Virus record (IMG/VR): IMGVR_UViG_3300012271_000011
Location: 6,933 to 70,932 of that record
DNA length: 64,000 nucleotides
Source: a virus
Strand: one strand, 5' to 3'
Below the pieces are notes generated by a model. It did not search any database and was not told where the DNA came from. It saw only the letters and a program-made list of their open reading frames with translations. Position 1 is the stretch's first letter. Each line of letters starts with the position of its first letter. A program made the position numbers and the translations under genes. Below, in pieces: positions 9,612 to 18,320 of the stretch.

Positions 9612-10195
9612 TCTACTAACTCGTCTCCTAATATTTTTTTCATTTTGTCTTTCAATTTTTTATTATCAAGAACAGCTCTTCTTTTAGCTATGAGTTCTTG
9701 ATTATTCATTATATTTTCTTTTTCTTCTTTTGTCAAGTCTTGAAATGTTTTTATTATTGCTAAAAAATATTTAGAATACTTACCTCTAAACAAGAACATC
9801 TTATTTTTCTTGTCATTAAAAAAAGCCTCAACATTGAGGCTTTCGTATTTATTCTTTATAGACCACTTCTGGATCTCTTGTAGGGTAGCTTTTATTGATA
9901 ATGCTATAGAGGCTTCATTCTTCTCTCTTGTATGAATAGCTCCTTTATAGTCTTCATATAGCTTCTTAGATGAAAGATGGAATGGCATTATTTTACCATC
10001 TAATTCATTAAAGCAAAACTTTACATATTTATATGCATCCCAATCCTCATCATCACCAAACTTACCAATAATTCCTTGAAATATTTTCCACCATTTAGTG
10101 TTTCTCACATTTGAGAGTTTAAATAAAGGGTATAGAGCTGTCCTTCTATATTCTCTACTAAAAGCATCAGCTAAAGAAAAAACTTTATCCTCCAT
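9590..10195 (-). CDS. Hypothetical protein (replication region)
   Basis: 201-aa ORF; last codons supplied by the IS scar. Confidence 0.65.
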   Translation of the reverse strand: MEDKVFSLADAFSREYRRTALYPLFKLSNVRNTKWWKIFQGIIGKFGDDEDWDAYKYVKFCFNELDGKIMPFHLSSKKLYEDYKGAIHTREKNEASIALSIKATLQEIQKWSIKNKYESLNVEAFFNDKKNKMFLFRGKYSKYFLAIIKTFQDLTKEEKENIMNNQELIAKRRAVLDNKKLKDKMKKILGDELVESTNQLP

Positions 10196-10436
10196 CTCTT
10201 AAATCCCATCCTAAATTAAGTAGTTTGTTTATTTCTTCTTGTGTTATTGCTTGGTGCTCTAACAAGTATTGAACAAACTTTTTCCAATCAATATTTATAT
10301 TTTTTATTAAGCAACCTATTACTTTTTCATCATTTAAAGGACATTCTAAAAAAGTAGGTTTTACCACTTTATTAAATTTTTCCTTCATGAACCAGGGGAT
10401 ATTTTTATACGCACATGTTTCACAAAAATAGTTCAA
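10185..10436 (-). CDS. Hypothetical Cys-containing protein
   Basis: TTG start with GGAGG RBS; CETC..C..C. Confidence 0.55.
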   Translation of the reverse strand: MNYFCETCAYKNIPWFMKEKFNKVVKPTFLECPLNDEKVIGCLIKNINIDWKKFVQYLLEHQAITQEEINKLLNLGWDLRDGG

Positions 10437-10473
10437 TAAATTCCTCCGAGTTTTTAATTGTTATATCTTTTTG

Positions 10474-10860
10474 TCAAATATAGCTATCATCATCTACATA
10501 CCCTGAGGTATCATCTTCAGTAGTAGTAGTATCAGCAGAGGTATCATCTTCAGTAGTAGTATCAGCAGAGATATCATCTTCAGTAGTGGTATCGTCTTCC
10601 TTAACAAACCCATCATCTAATTGTTCATCTTCATTATACAATTGATCAGTATTTTTGCTTTCTATAGGTGATACTTGTACCTGTATTACTTTTTTTTCAT
10701 TTTGTTCTTCTGTCACATTTGGCTTTTCACTAAAATCATTCATATTATAATATTTAGTTTCACCCTTAAGGTTAAAACATTGAACTACATCACCATGAAC
10801 TGAAAAGGGAAAGACATAATGACCTTTCTTTGTATATTGATATTCATTTAATTTAAGCAT
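10474..10860 (-). CDS. Hypothetical protein with acidic repeat tail
   Basis: 128-aa ORF; DTTTEDD repeats. Confidence 0.6.
   Translation of the reverse strand: MLKLNEYQYTKKGHYVFPFSVHGDVVQCFNLKGETKYYNMNDFSEKPNVTEEQNEKKVIQVQVSPIESKNTDQLYNEDEQLDDGFVKEDDTTTEDDISADTTTEDDTSADTTTTEDDTSGYVDDDSYI
10504..10598. repeat. 30-bp coding tandem repeat, about 3 copies
   Basis: gtatcatcttcagtagtagtatcagcagag unit. Confidence 0.85.
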
Positions 10861-10873
10861 TTTTCAAACTCTC

Positions 10874-12022
10874 TTATTCTTTATTCTTATTAAAAATTTC
10901 TTCATACGCTTTTCCTGTAAATTCTATAGAAAACATTTTTTGTTCTTTAGTGTTTTCGCCTTCAGCATTTACCATAACACCAATAGATTTTTTAGCTCTT
11001 TTTAGAGAGAAACTTTTAAAGTTTTTGTCTTCTAAATAAAACACTAAGAGTTTATTAGTGGCTGATTTAACATAGATGACAGGAACCGTGAATGCATATT
11101 CTATATTAGCAGCTCTTGTTAAGTTTTTAAAATCCTCTCTATTTATTTTAAGAGAATCTCCACCTATTTTTAGGTTTATAATTTTTTCTGTTAAAGACTC
11201 TCCTAATATATTAAAGAATTTTTTTGGGGTAGTTTGAGATGCTACTACTCTAGAACTTTTATCTCCTTTCATTTCAATAAATACTTTATTAAAACTTCCC
11301 CTTACTCCTACTTCATCTAAAACTTTCTTTATGTCCTTCTCCCCATCATACTCACCTTTTTTAGAAAAAGTATATTCATAATCAGGAAACGTACCAGGCC
11401 CATGAGGTTCAAGAATTAAATTACCTCTTTTCAAACCTTTAATAAAAGTTATATCCATCCCACTTATTTTTTTTTCAGTGTTTAATTTCCAACTTTTTGT
11501 TTTTAAAATATCTTCACTTAAATGTTTTTTCAATTCATCTGTAATAGCATAGAATAGAGCCTTGTCACTTGTTTCAAAGATCCTATTTAAAACAAACTTA
11601 TTAAAAACTTTATCTACTGCGTTATTTATTATTTCTTTAGTTTCAAATTTATCATTCTTCAAAGAAGAAAATTTTACTTTACTCTTATTGCTTACTAAGA
11701 AATCTATAATATTATTTTTTTCTTCTTTTTTTATTTCTCTTACTGATGGTCTTTTGAACTTAACAACTCCTCTCCAAGCTTTATTAAGAATAGATAACCT
11801 CATAGAAGTTCTTGCTTCTTCTAAAGTATTAGACTTGTCTTCTATAGTTGACATTACCAATCTTTGATTTGGTCTTTTTTGACTAAAATAACTATTTATT
11901 ATTTCATTAAATTCTTTAGTAAAAGTTTCTAAATTACTTCTTAACTCTTCTTCAAAGTTATTTTCATCATAAACTAACACTTTTTCTTTAGTCTTTTCAT
12001 TTAATACACTTCTAAGTTTCAT
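10874..12022 (-). CDS. Putative late/virion protein with possible PD-(D/E)xK nuclease core
   Basis: MKLRSVLNE leader; late motif at 12046-12055; GTFPDY...FIEMKG. Confidence 0.5.
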   Translation of the reverse strand: MKLRSVLNEKTKEKVLVYDENNFEEELRSNLETFTKEFNEIINSYFSQKRPNQRLVMSTIEDKSNTLEEARTSMRLSILNKAWRGVVKFKRPSVREIKKEEKNNIIDFLVSNKSKVKFSSLKNDKFETKEIINNAVDKVFNKFVLNRIFETSDKALFYAITDELKKHLSEDILKTKSWKLNTEKKISGMDITFIKGLKRGNLILEPHGPGTFPDYEYTFSKKGEYDGEKDIKKVLDEVGVRGSFNKVFIEMKGDKSSRVVASQTTPKKFFNILGESLTEKIINLKIGGDSLKINREDFKNLTRAANIEYAFTVPVIYVKSATNKLLVFYLEDKNFKSFSLKRAKKSIGVMVNAEGENTKEQKMFSIEFTGKAYEEIFNKNKE

Positions 12023-12051
12023 TTATATCTCCAAAATCTTTTATATTAACT

Positions 12052-13014
12052 TTACTGCTTTCTTATGTGTATAAGATATTCTATAGTTCCTCCGTCCTTA
12101 TTACTTCTATTATTATCTGCTTTATATCTTTTATAATCAAAATAATAAATATCTCTAATATCTTTTAAGCTTAATACCTCTTTGGCCAAAAGTCCTTCAT
12201 TATTATATGATATAAATATATCCTTAAAATTAGCGTGTTCTAAGATATCTATTAACATTTCATAAGCACTATCTTTATAACACATTTTGGATTTTTTATA
12301 ATCTTTAGGCAAACCTGTTACCTCAGTAAGCTTTGAACCTTCTAAGCTATATTTTGCTATAGTATTAAGTAAATGATAATTAGAGCCATATTGTCTTCTA
12401 TTATATGGTGGGTCTAAATATAATACATCACCACTTATTTCTTTTATTAAGTTTTGAGCATCTTCGTTATAAATATCATTTTCTTGTCCAGGAACCACTT
12501 CCATATATTCAGGCTTTAATTCTATTTCTTTTTTAGCACTATCTTTTAAAGATTTAAAAAAAGCTGCATATATACCCGCTGTGTTTTGAATCCTATCAAC
12601 TGCTTCTAATAAAGATGTTAATAGAAAAAAATAATAGTCACTATCATCTTTAAACTTTTCTATATACTGTCTTATTGCATCTATTTTTTGACCATTATGA
12701 TCAGAAAAATATAGTCTATTTGCTGGAGAGCAATAGTTATTATATATTAATCCTTTTATTGGTTCTAAAGAATTTATTTGTGGAAAAGCATCATCAAATT
12801 GAGTAATATTATTCTCTACATAATGTTTATTTAATATATAAGCATAATACTCAAAATCATTTGATATTACTTTATTAAAATAAGGTTTCATGTTTGCTCC
12901 AACATATCCTGTCCCAGCAAATAAATCACAAAAACTTCCAAACTCTAATGATTGTTCTAATACTACACTTTTTATTTCATCAAATAGTTTTGCTTTTCTT
13001 CCTATGTAATTCAA
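12052..13014 (-). CDS. DNA N6-adenine methyltransferase (D12/alpha class)
   Basis: MNYIGRK, DLFAGTG, YLDPPYN, ISYNNEG. Confidence 0.92.
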   Translation of the reverse strand: MNYIGRKAKLFDEIKSVVLEQSLEFGSFCDLFAGTGYVGANMKPYFNKVISNDFEYYAYILNKHYVENNITQFDDAFPQINSLEPIKGLIYNNYCSPANRLYFSDHNGQKIDAIRQYIEKFKDDSDYYFFLLTSLLEAVDRIQNTAGIYAAFFKSLKDSAKKEIELKPEYMEVVPGQENDIYNEDAQNLIKEISGDVLYLDPPYNRRQYGSNYHLLNTIAKYSLEGSKLTEVTGLPKDYKKSKMCYKDSAYEMLIDILEHANFKDIFISYNNEGLLAKEVLSLKDIRDIYYFDYKRYKADNNRSNKDGGTIEYLIHIRKQ

Positions 13015-15041
13015 AGTTGTTTTATCATCCTTCTCATTTTGTTTGGGTTGTCAACCCAACCATTTTGTCCAAAAAGGATACCTCCTTTGTTGTCTTGATA
13101 CATATTCATTAAATACATTTCATCTTCTTCTAAAAGATTTCCAATGATCTTCCAATAAGAAGCAAATACTGGAATAGATTTTGCTTTTCCTTGAACATCT
13201 TCAATATTAAGAAATGCCATTTCATTACCATTTCTGTCAATTATTTTTCTTATATTATTTATTACTACTGGAACTTTTCTTGATATTCTAGTTACCTCAT
13301 CAAAGCTAAAGTTTATTAAACTTTTGTTTCTCATTTCTATAAAAGCATCTTTCATCTTATCATCAAATACAGAAGCAAAGAAATTTCCACCAAAATATTC
13401 TTTTTCATAATTCCTAAGATCAACTAAACTTGTTTCAATACCTGGAAGTTGCTTTACAGCACCCTCAGCTTCTTGCCATTTTATTTTAAGCTTTTCTACT
13501 ACTTTAATAGACTTTTTCTTTTCCCAAAACATAGTAAGAATTTGAAGCATTAATTTTCTATTAGGATTCTCAAAATCAAAAGCACCTACAGAAACTAAGG
13601 CTTTAATGCCACCAATCTTTAAAAGTCTTCCATCAACTTTAGTTATTAAATCAAATAAACTATCAACAGGCCTAATGTCAATTATATGCTCAGCCGCTCT
13701 TTTACTTACTTGTTTTATATTTGATAAACCTAATATAAGTTTATCTTCGTTTAATGGAGTAACATCTATTAAAGACTTATTAACATCAGGAGGTAATATT
13801 TCAAATTTTTGCCCCCTCACGGAAGAAAAAATATCTGCTAAATTACTTCCTTTATTTATCTCATACTCAAGCTCTGCTGCTAAAAAATATTTTTTGAAAT
13901 AGTATGAAAGATATAAAGTCATTACAGCAATATAACTATAAGCTGATGCATGAGAGTTTTTAGCAACTATGTTATTAACAGCTAATGTATGATAAGGTGT
14001 TGCCATCTCTACGTTATAAACATTCTCCGCTTCATTTTCTTCTATTGATACTATTTTCTGTAAAGAAGTTTTCTTACCTTTTTGATTCTTTATAGTTTTT
14101 TCATACCCTTCATTATAAAATAAACTATCACCTTCTTTTAGGTCATTATCTATATTTTTATAGATAATATTACCCTCTATTTTAACAGGAAAGTTGTGGT
14201 TGGAGGTTACATCTAAACTAGATCCATTTTCTAATACTATTTTATATGTTTTCCTAAATCCAGCATAAGTTATATTTATTATATCATTTATAATTAACTT
14301 TTCTTCCTCATTTAATGAGAACGCTTTTCCAAAACCTTTATATTTATATTTTTCATGTGTATGAGAATGATTATTATCTTTTGCCCACTTAATATCATTT
14401 TTTGTCTTATACATTTCTTCTATAGTAGGAGACCACTTATTAGTATTATCCCTAGTTATTTTAGACTTACCAGAGAAACATAAATTAAAACTGTATGAAC
14501 TCATTTTTAAAAGATCATCAGCTATATTCTTTGCTTCTATTTCACTTAACCCAGTTTCAATGGCACCTTTAGAAAACTTCTTTACAATTTTATCCCACTT
14601 TTTTATATCCTCTGAATCTCTTTCTGTCTTACTGAGACGTTTCATAAGTTTTCTTACATTATCAGTTTCCTCAAGAGATAATCCACCTATCTTATTAAAG
14701 ATAGACATTACTTGCTCTTGATATAAAACGACTGAGTTACTTATCTCAAGTAGTTCGGAAATAGGTTCTGGATATTTTCTTATCCCTTCATCCCTACCTC
14801 TAATATAATCCTCAACAAATGAGGATGTGCCAGGACGAGCTAAGGCATTAATAGCATTTATATCATCAAAGGAACGGGGTTTTATTTGTTTTACCATTGG
14901 AGCCGCCGTTCCACCGTTTAATTGAAATATACCAATCGTATTAGAGTCATTAACCTCATTATAAATATTTTCATCTTTTAGGTCAATGTGATATAAAAAC
15001 TCTCGTGCTTTATCTTTGCTTATTTCTTTTATTATTTTCAT
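13011..15041 (-). CDS. dnaE: DNA polymerase III alpha, C-terminal part, with intein
   Basis: GIFQL, ALARPG, VLYQEQVM, YSFNL/SHASAY, ILPPDVNKS, LGLSNIKQV, OB fold EMAFLNIED. Confidence 0.9.
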   Translation of the reverse strand: MKIIKEISKDKAREFLYHIDLKDENIYNEVNDSNTIGIFQLNGGTAAPMVKQIKPRSFDDINAINALARPGTSSFVEDYIRGRDEGIRKYPEPISELLEISNSVVLYQEQVMSIFNKIGGLSLEETDNVRKLMKRLSKTERDSEDIKKWDKIVKKFSKGAIETGLSEIEAKNIADDLLKMSSYSFNLCFSGKSKITRDNTNKWSPTIEEMYKTKNDIKWAKDNNHSHTHEKYKYKGFGKAFSLNEEEKLIINDIINITYAGFRKTYKIVLENGSSLDVTSNHNFPVKIEGNIIYKNIDNDLKEGDSLFYNEGYEKTIKNQKGKKTSLQKIVSIEENEAENVYNVEMATPYHTLAVNNIVAKNSHASAYSYIAVMTLYLSYYFKKYFLAAELEYEINKGSNLADIFSSVRGQKFEILPPDVNKSLIDVTPLNEDKLILGLSNIKQVSKRAAEHIIDIRPVDSLFDLITKVDGRLLKIGGIKALVSVGAFDFENPNRKLMLQILTMFWEKKKSIKVVEKLKIKWQEAEGAVKQLPGIETSLVDLRNYEKEYFGGNFFASVFDDKMKDAFIEMRNKSLINFSFDEVTRISRKVPVVINNIRKIIDRNGNEMAFLNIEDVQGKAKSIPVFASYWKIIGNLLEEDEMYLMNMYQDNKGGILFGQNGWVDNPNKMRRMIKQL
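13956..14480 (-). other. Mini-intein (175 aa) in DnaE
   Basis: FNL|CFSGKSKI...VTSNHNF...VYNVEM..HTLAVNNIVAKN|SH; no endonuclease domain; Lys at the penultimate position instead of His. Confidence 0.85.
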
Positions 15042-15097
15042 ATTTTTTTATTATATCACTTTTTAATATTTTAGTCAAGATTCTCTTTGTTTTTTTC

Positions 15098-15140
15098 GTG
15101 AACTATCACCACTTATAGAGGATTGGGGAATTCCACCCTT
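15098..15140. repeat. Degenerate IS605-type end scar
   Basis: gtgaactatcaccacttatagagg matches the starts of the 6289 and 35694 copies. Confidence 0.55.
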
Positions 15141-15157
15141 TCTGTTAAAACCAAACA

Positions 15158-15544
15158 TTACGCTCCCACTTCAGCATATCTATTTCCTACATTTGTGTCA
15201 AAATCAATACATGAACTTAAGTTATTATTATCTAAGTCATCATAAGAAGAGAAAGTAGCTATTCTTTTTCTATTCCTTTCTTTTCTTAAGATCTCTAATA
15301 TACGAAAATTGGAATTTGTCCATATAAATGAAAAGATATTATCATTAGGATTTATTTTATTTCTTAATACTTTTTTATATAAATTCTCAAGACATTCTTG
15401 AGTCATATCTTGTCTATAATGCTCATCATAAATCTTAAACTTTTGAATAAGTAAAAATTCGGAAATTGTTTGTGCTTGTTTAAACACATAATTTAAATCT
15501 CCTTCTTTATACTTAGTTTTTAGTTCTTCCTTATTTATTTCCAT
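15158..15544 (-). CDS. Short sigma-factor-like protein (region 2 only; gp55-like candidate)
   Basis: DMTQECLENLYKK..INPNDNIFSFIWTNSNFRILEILRKE resembles sigma region 2. Confidence 0.55.
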   Translation of the reverse strand: MEINKEELKTKYKEGDLNYVFKQAQTISEFLLIQKFKIYDEHYRQDMTQECLENLYKKVLRNKINPNDNIFSFIWTNSNFRILEILRKERNRKRIATFSSYDDLDNNNLSSCIDFDTNVGNRYAEVGA

Positions 15545-15728
15545 TCATCTCTCCCATAGCCTCAGAAAGATTTACAAGTTGTTGTTGTAATCTGCCGAAA
15601 TGAAAGGCAGCTAAATCTTTTCTAAACTCATCCTCTTCTTTTTGAAACTCTTCTTCCATAGAGTTTATAGTTACTTCTATTTCACTCATTAGCTTTCTTG
15701 ATTCTTTTTTTAGCTCATTTTTAGACAT
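15531..15728 (-). CDS. Hypothetical coiled-coil protein
   Basis: Overlapping small ORF in operon; start uncertain (15728 or 15734). Confidence 0.55.
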   Translation of the reverse strand: MSKNELKKESRKLMSEIEVTINSMEEEFQKEEDEFRKDLAAFHFGRLQQQLVNLSEAMGEMNGNK

Positions 15729-16113
15729 CGGCATGAATTTTACTCTCCATATAATCTTTATAAATTTTTTTATTAAATAATGCTTGAAGATAAGGAAGAT
15801 CTTTTTTGTCTTTAGAGGACTTACATTCTTCTAAGACTTTTTTAATCTCTTCAATATCAGGTCTATCTTCTGTAGGAGCCCCAACTTTATCATTCTTATC
15901 TAAAGTATTGTTAGTGACATCTTCACCTCTGCTAAATATTATCTCATCTATAAGAGTTTCTGAAAAAGTCATAGCAGATAAAAATATTTTAAAAGCATTA
16001 AGCACCTCTTCAATATCATAATTATGTCCTTGCTGAAAGCTAATCATAGTATCATGATAATATTGTCTATCCCTTTCTGGCAAATCGCTTGTATCAAATT
16101 CAAATTTAATCAT
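15721..16113 (-). CDS. Hypothetical protein
   Basis: GGAGG RBS; sigma70 promoter at about 16137-16165. Confidence 0.65.
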   Translation of the reverse strand: MIKFEFDTSDLPERDRQYYHDTMISFQQGHNYDIEEVLNAFKIFLSAMTFSETLIDEIIFSRGEDVTNNTLDKNDKVGAPTEDRPDIEEIKKVLEECKSSKDKKDLPYLQALFNKKIYKDYMESKIHADV

Positions 16114-16168
16114 TTTTTCCTCCGTTAGTTTTATACATAGTAAAGTTTTTGTATCTTTTTGTCAAGTG

Positions 16169-18307
16169 TTAAACTGCCTCTAAAATATCATCAATATAGG
16201 ATTGTGGAACTATTTTCTTTAATCCATCATCATCTTCAATAAGATATATCTTCTCATCAATCTTATCTAAAGTATTGTTAATGACATCAAGGGTGGTTAA
16301 GCCTAATACATCAAATTTTATTATTCCCAATTCATCTAAAACAGAATCTTGATTACTTTCAGGAAAAGCACTTACAATCTCACCGCTTACTTTCTCTATT
16401 GGCATTAACTCATTAACAGGACGATCTAAGATAATAATACCACCAGCATGTTTTGATAACTGTCTTACTTTACCATCAAAATGTCTAACTAAATCAATTA
16501 TTTTTTTATTCTGTTCATAAAATTTGTATTGCTTTGTATGAGTTGCTTTAATCATTTCTATATTCTCATCCAAAGAAAGTTGAAAATCAAAGATCTTTGA
16601 AAACTCATTTGATGCTTTATAATCAATTTTATATATTCTAAGTAAATCTTTCAATGCTGATTTAAGACCCATCTTAGAATAAGTTCCTACCTGAAAAACT
16701 CTGTCTTCTCCATACTTTTCTTTTAGGTGTTCTATTAAGTGATCACGAGCGGAAGGAGAGAGGTCTGAGTCAACATCAATACCCCCACTAGCTCCATTTC
16801 TCACTTGTGCCTTAGTAAGTTTTTGTTCATAAGTATTTGTAAAACCTAGTAAGAATGGAATAAGAAAATTACCCTTTACCTCATTCTCTTGAAAAGCTTT
16901 ATATAGATCAATTCCGTTCTTATAAAAATTCTTAGCAAATAAATATTCCCATTTAAAATCTCTTTTATACTCTGGATACTCTTCTAGTTTATCTTCACAC
17001 ATTTTCTTCAAATCAGTCATTTTTGTTTCCATCTCTTTTGTGTGAACTTCATCACCAAAATAATCTGGTATCATATCAGGGCTTCTTTGATCTGATAAAA
17101 ATCTTTCAAATAACAACCCAAACTCAATAGGATCAAGACGAGTAATATTAAGAGAATAAAGAACTAATGAACCAGCACCTGAACCCCTTCCTACACCAAC
17201 TGTATAACCTGAATCTGTTACAAATTCAAGCATATCCTCAAGAATAAGTATATATGAAGAAAACCCTTTTCTTATTAAAACCTCTAATTCATGATTTAAT
17301 CTTTTTTTATATTCTTCTGTAGGATTACCACCAAACTTTTCTTCTAAACCTCTCTTGGCTTTTTTTATTAAAGCCTCATCATCATTTTCTGTAACAGAAG
17401 GAAGATATATTTTTCTTCTCTCTGGTATTTCATAATTACACATATCAGCTATTTTTATACTATTATTAGCCCATTCAATAACATCATTAGGATTATAGTT
17501 ATATCCAAAATCTTTATTAAACTTTAAATAATCCTCTTCGTCATGATAATAAAGATTCTTACTTTCAATTTCAAAATTTAAATTATCAATAGTAGCTTTA
17601 TCTCTAATAGCTATTGAAAGAGTTTGAAGATTGTCTTGTCCAGGCTCTAAATAATGAACATCGCCTGTTACTACTATAGGAATATTAAACTCTTTTGCCC
17701 ATTTAATCATATAATCATTAATAGTTTTTTGTCCCTCTGGAGCCTCATCCATTTCATAATTAATTTCATTAAACTGAACTTCAGTATAAAAGTTCTCACC
17801 AAAATGCTTTACATATTTTTGGAATAATTCGTATGCCTTATCTATCTCTCCTGCTCTTATAAATCTTCCCCATTTGCTTTGCATGCACCCACTACCAACA
17901 ATTATACCTTCAGAATTTTCAAATAATTCTTCTTCAGTTATTCTATTAGTATAATAAAAATGTTCTTCATCTTTCATTGAAAGATAGTTTAACTTTAAGA
18001 TATTCTTATAGCCTATCTCATTTTTAGCAAGTAAAATAAGATGAGAGTTTTTACCTCTCACTCTCTTCTTTTTCTCATTATATTCTACAAGCTCATCATT
18101 GATATAAGCCTCTACACCAAGAATAGGTTTTATGCCATATTCTTTACAAGCTTCTTGATGATGATATATACCCGTAAGCTTTCCATGATCGGTAATAGCA
18201 AGTGCTTTATGCCCTAATTTATATGCTTTCTCCGCATATTGTTTAGATGAGCCTATTGCATCTAACCTTGAACCTAAATGACTATGTAAATGAAGTTGAG
18301 CAAACAT
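16169..18307 (-). CDS. dnaE: DNA polymerase III alpha, N-terminal part (PHP plus palm)
   Basis: LHLHSH, AITDHG, GVEAY, GDVHY, GRGSGAGSL, FERFL, DVDSD, KHAGG, KFDVLGL. Confidence 0.92.
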   Translation of the reverse strand: MFAQLHLHSHLGSRLDAIGSSKQYAEKAYKLGHKALAITDHGKLTGIYHHQEACKEYGIKPILGVEAYINDELVEYNEKKKRVRGKNSHLILLAKNEIGYKNILKLNYLSMKDEEHFYYTNRITEEELFENSEGIIVGSGCMQSKWGRFIRAGEIDKAYELFQKYVKHFGENFYTEVQFNEINYEMDEAPEGQKTINDYMIKWAKEFNIPIVVTGDVHYLEPGQDNLQTLSIAIRDKATIDNLNFEIESKNLYYHDEEDYLKFNKDFGYNYNPNDVIEWANNSIKIADMCNYEIPERRKIYLPSVTENDDEALIKKAKRGLEEKFGGNPTEEYKKRLNHELEVLIRKGFSSYILILEDMLEFVTDSGYTVGVGRGSGAGSLVLYSLNITRLDPIEFGLLFERFLSDQRSPDMIPDYFGDEVHTKEMETKMTDLKKMCEDKLEEYPEYKRDFKWEYLFAKNFYKNGIDLYKAFQENEVKGNFLIPFLLGFTNTYEQKLTKAQVRNGASGGIDVDSDLSPSARDHLIEHLKEKYGEDRVFQVGTYSKMGLKSALKDLLRIYKIDYKASNEFSKIFDFQLSLDENIEMIKATHTKQYKFYEQNKKIIDLVRHFDGKVRQLSKHAGGIIILDRPVNELMPIEKVSGEIVSAFPESNQDSVLDELGIIKFDVLGLTTLDVINNTLDKIDEKIYLIEDDDGLKKIVPQSYIDDILEAV

Positions 18308-18320
18308 TTTTTCTCCTTAT

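Noticed and set aside
15041-16169. Split intein joining the two DnaE genes
   Set aside because: No Cys-initiated N-intein at the end of the N part and no HN/C-S-T junction near the start of the C part
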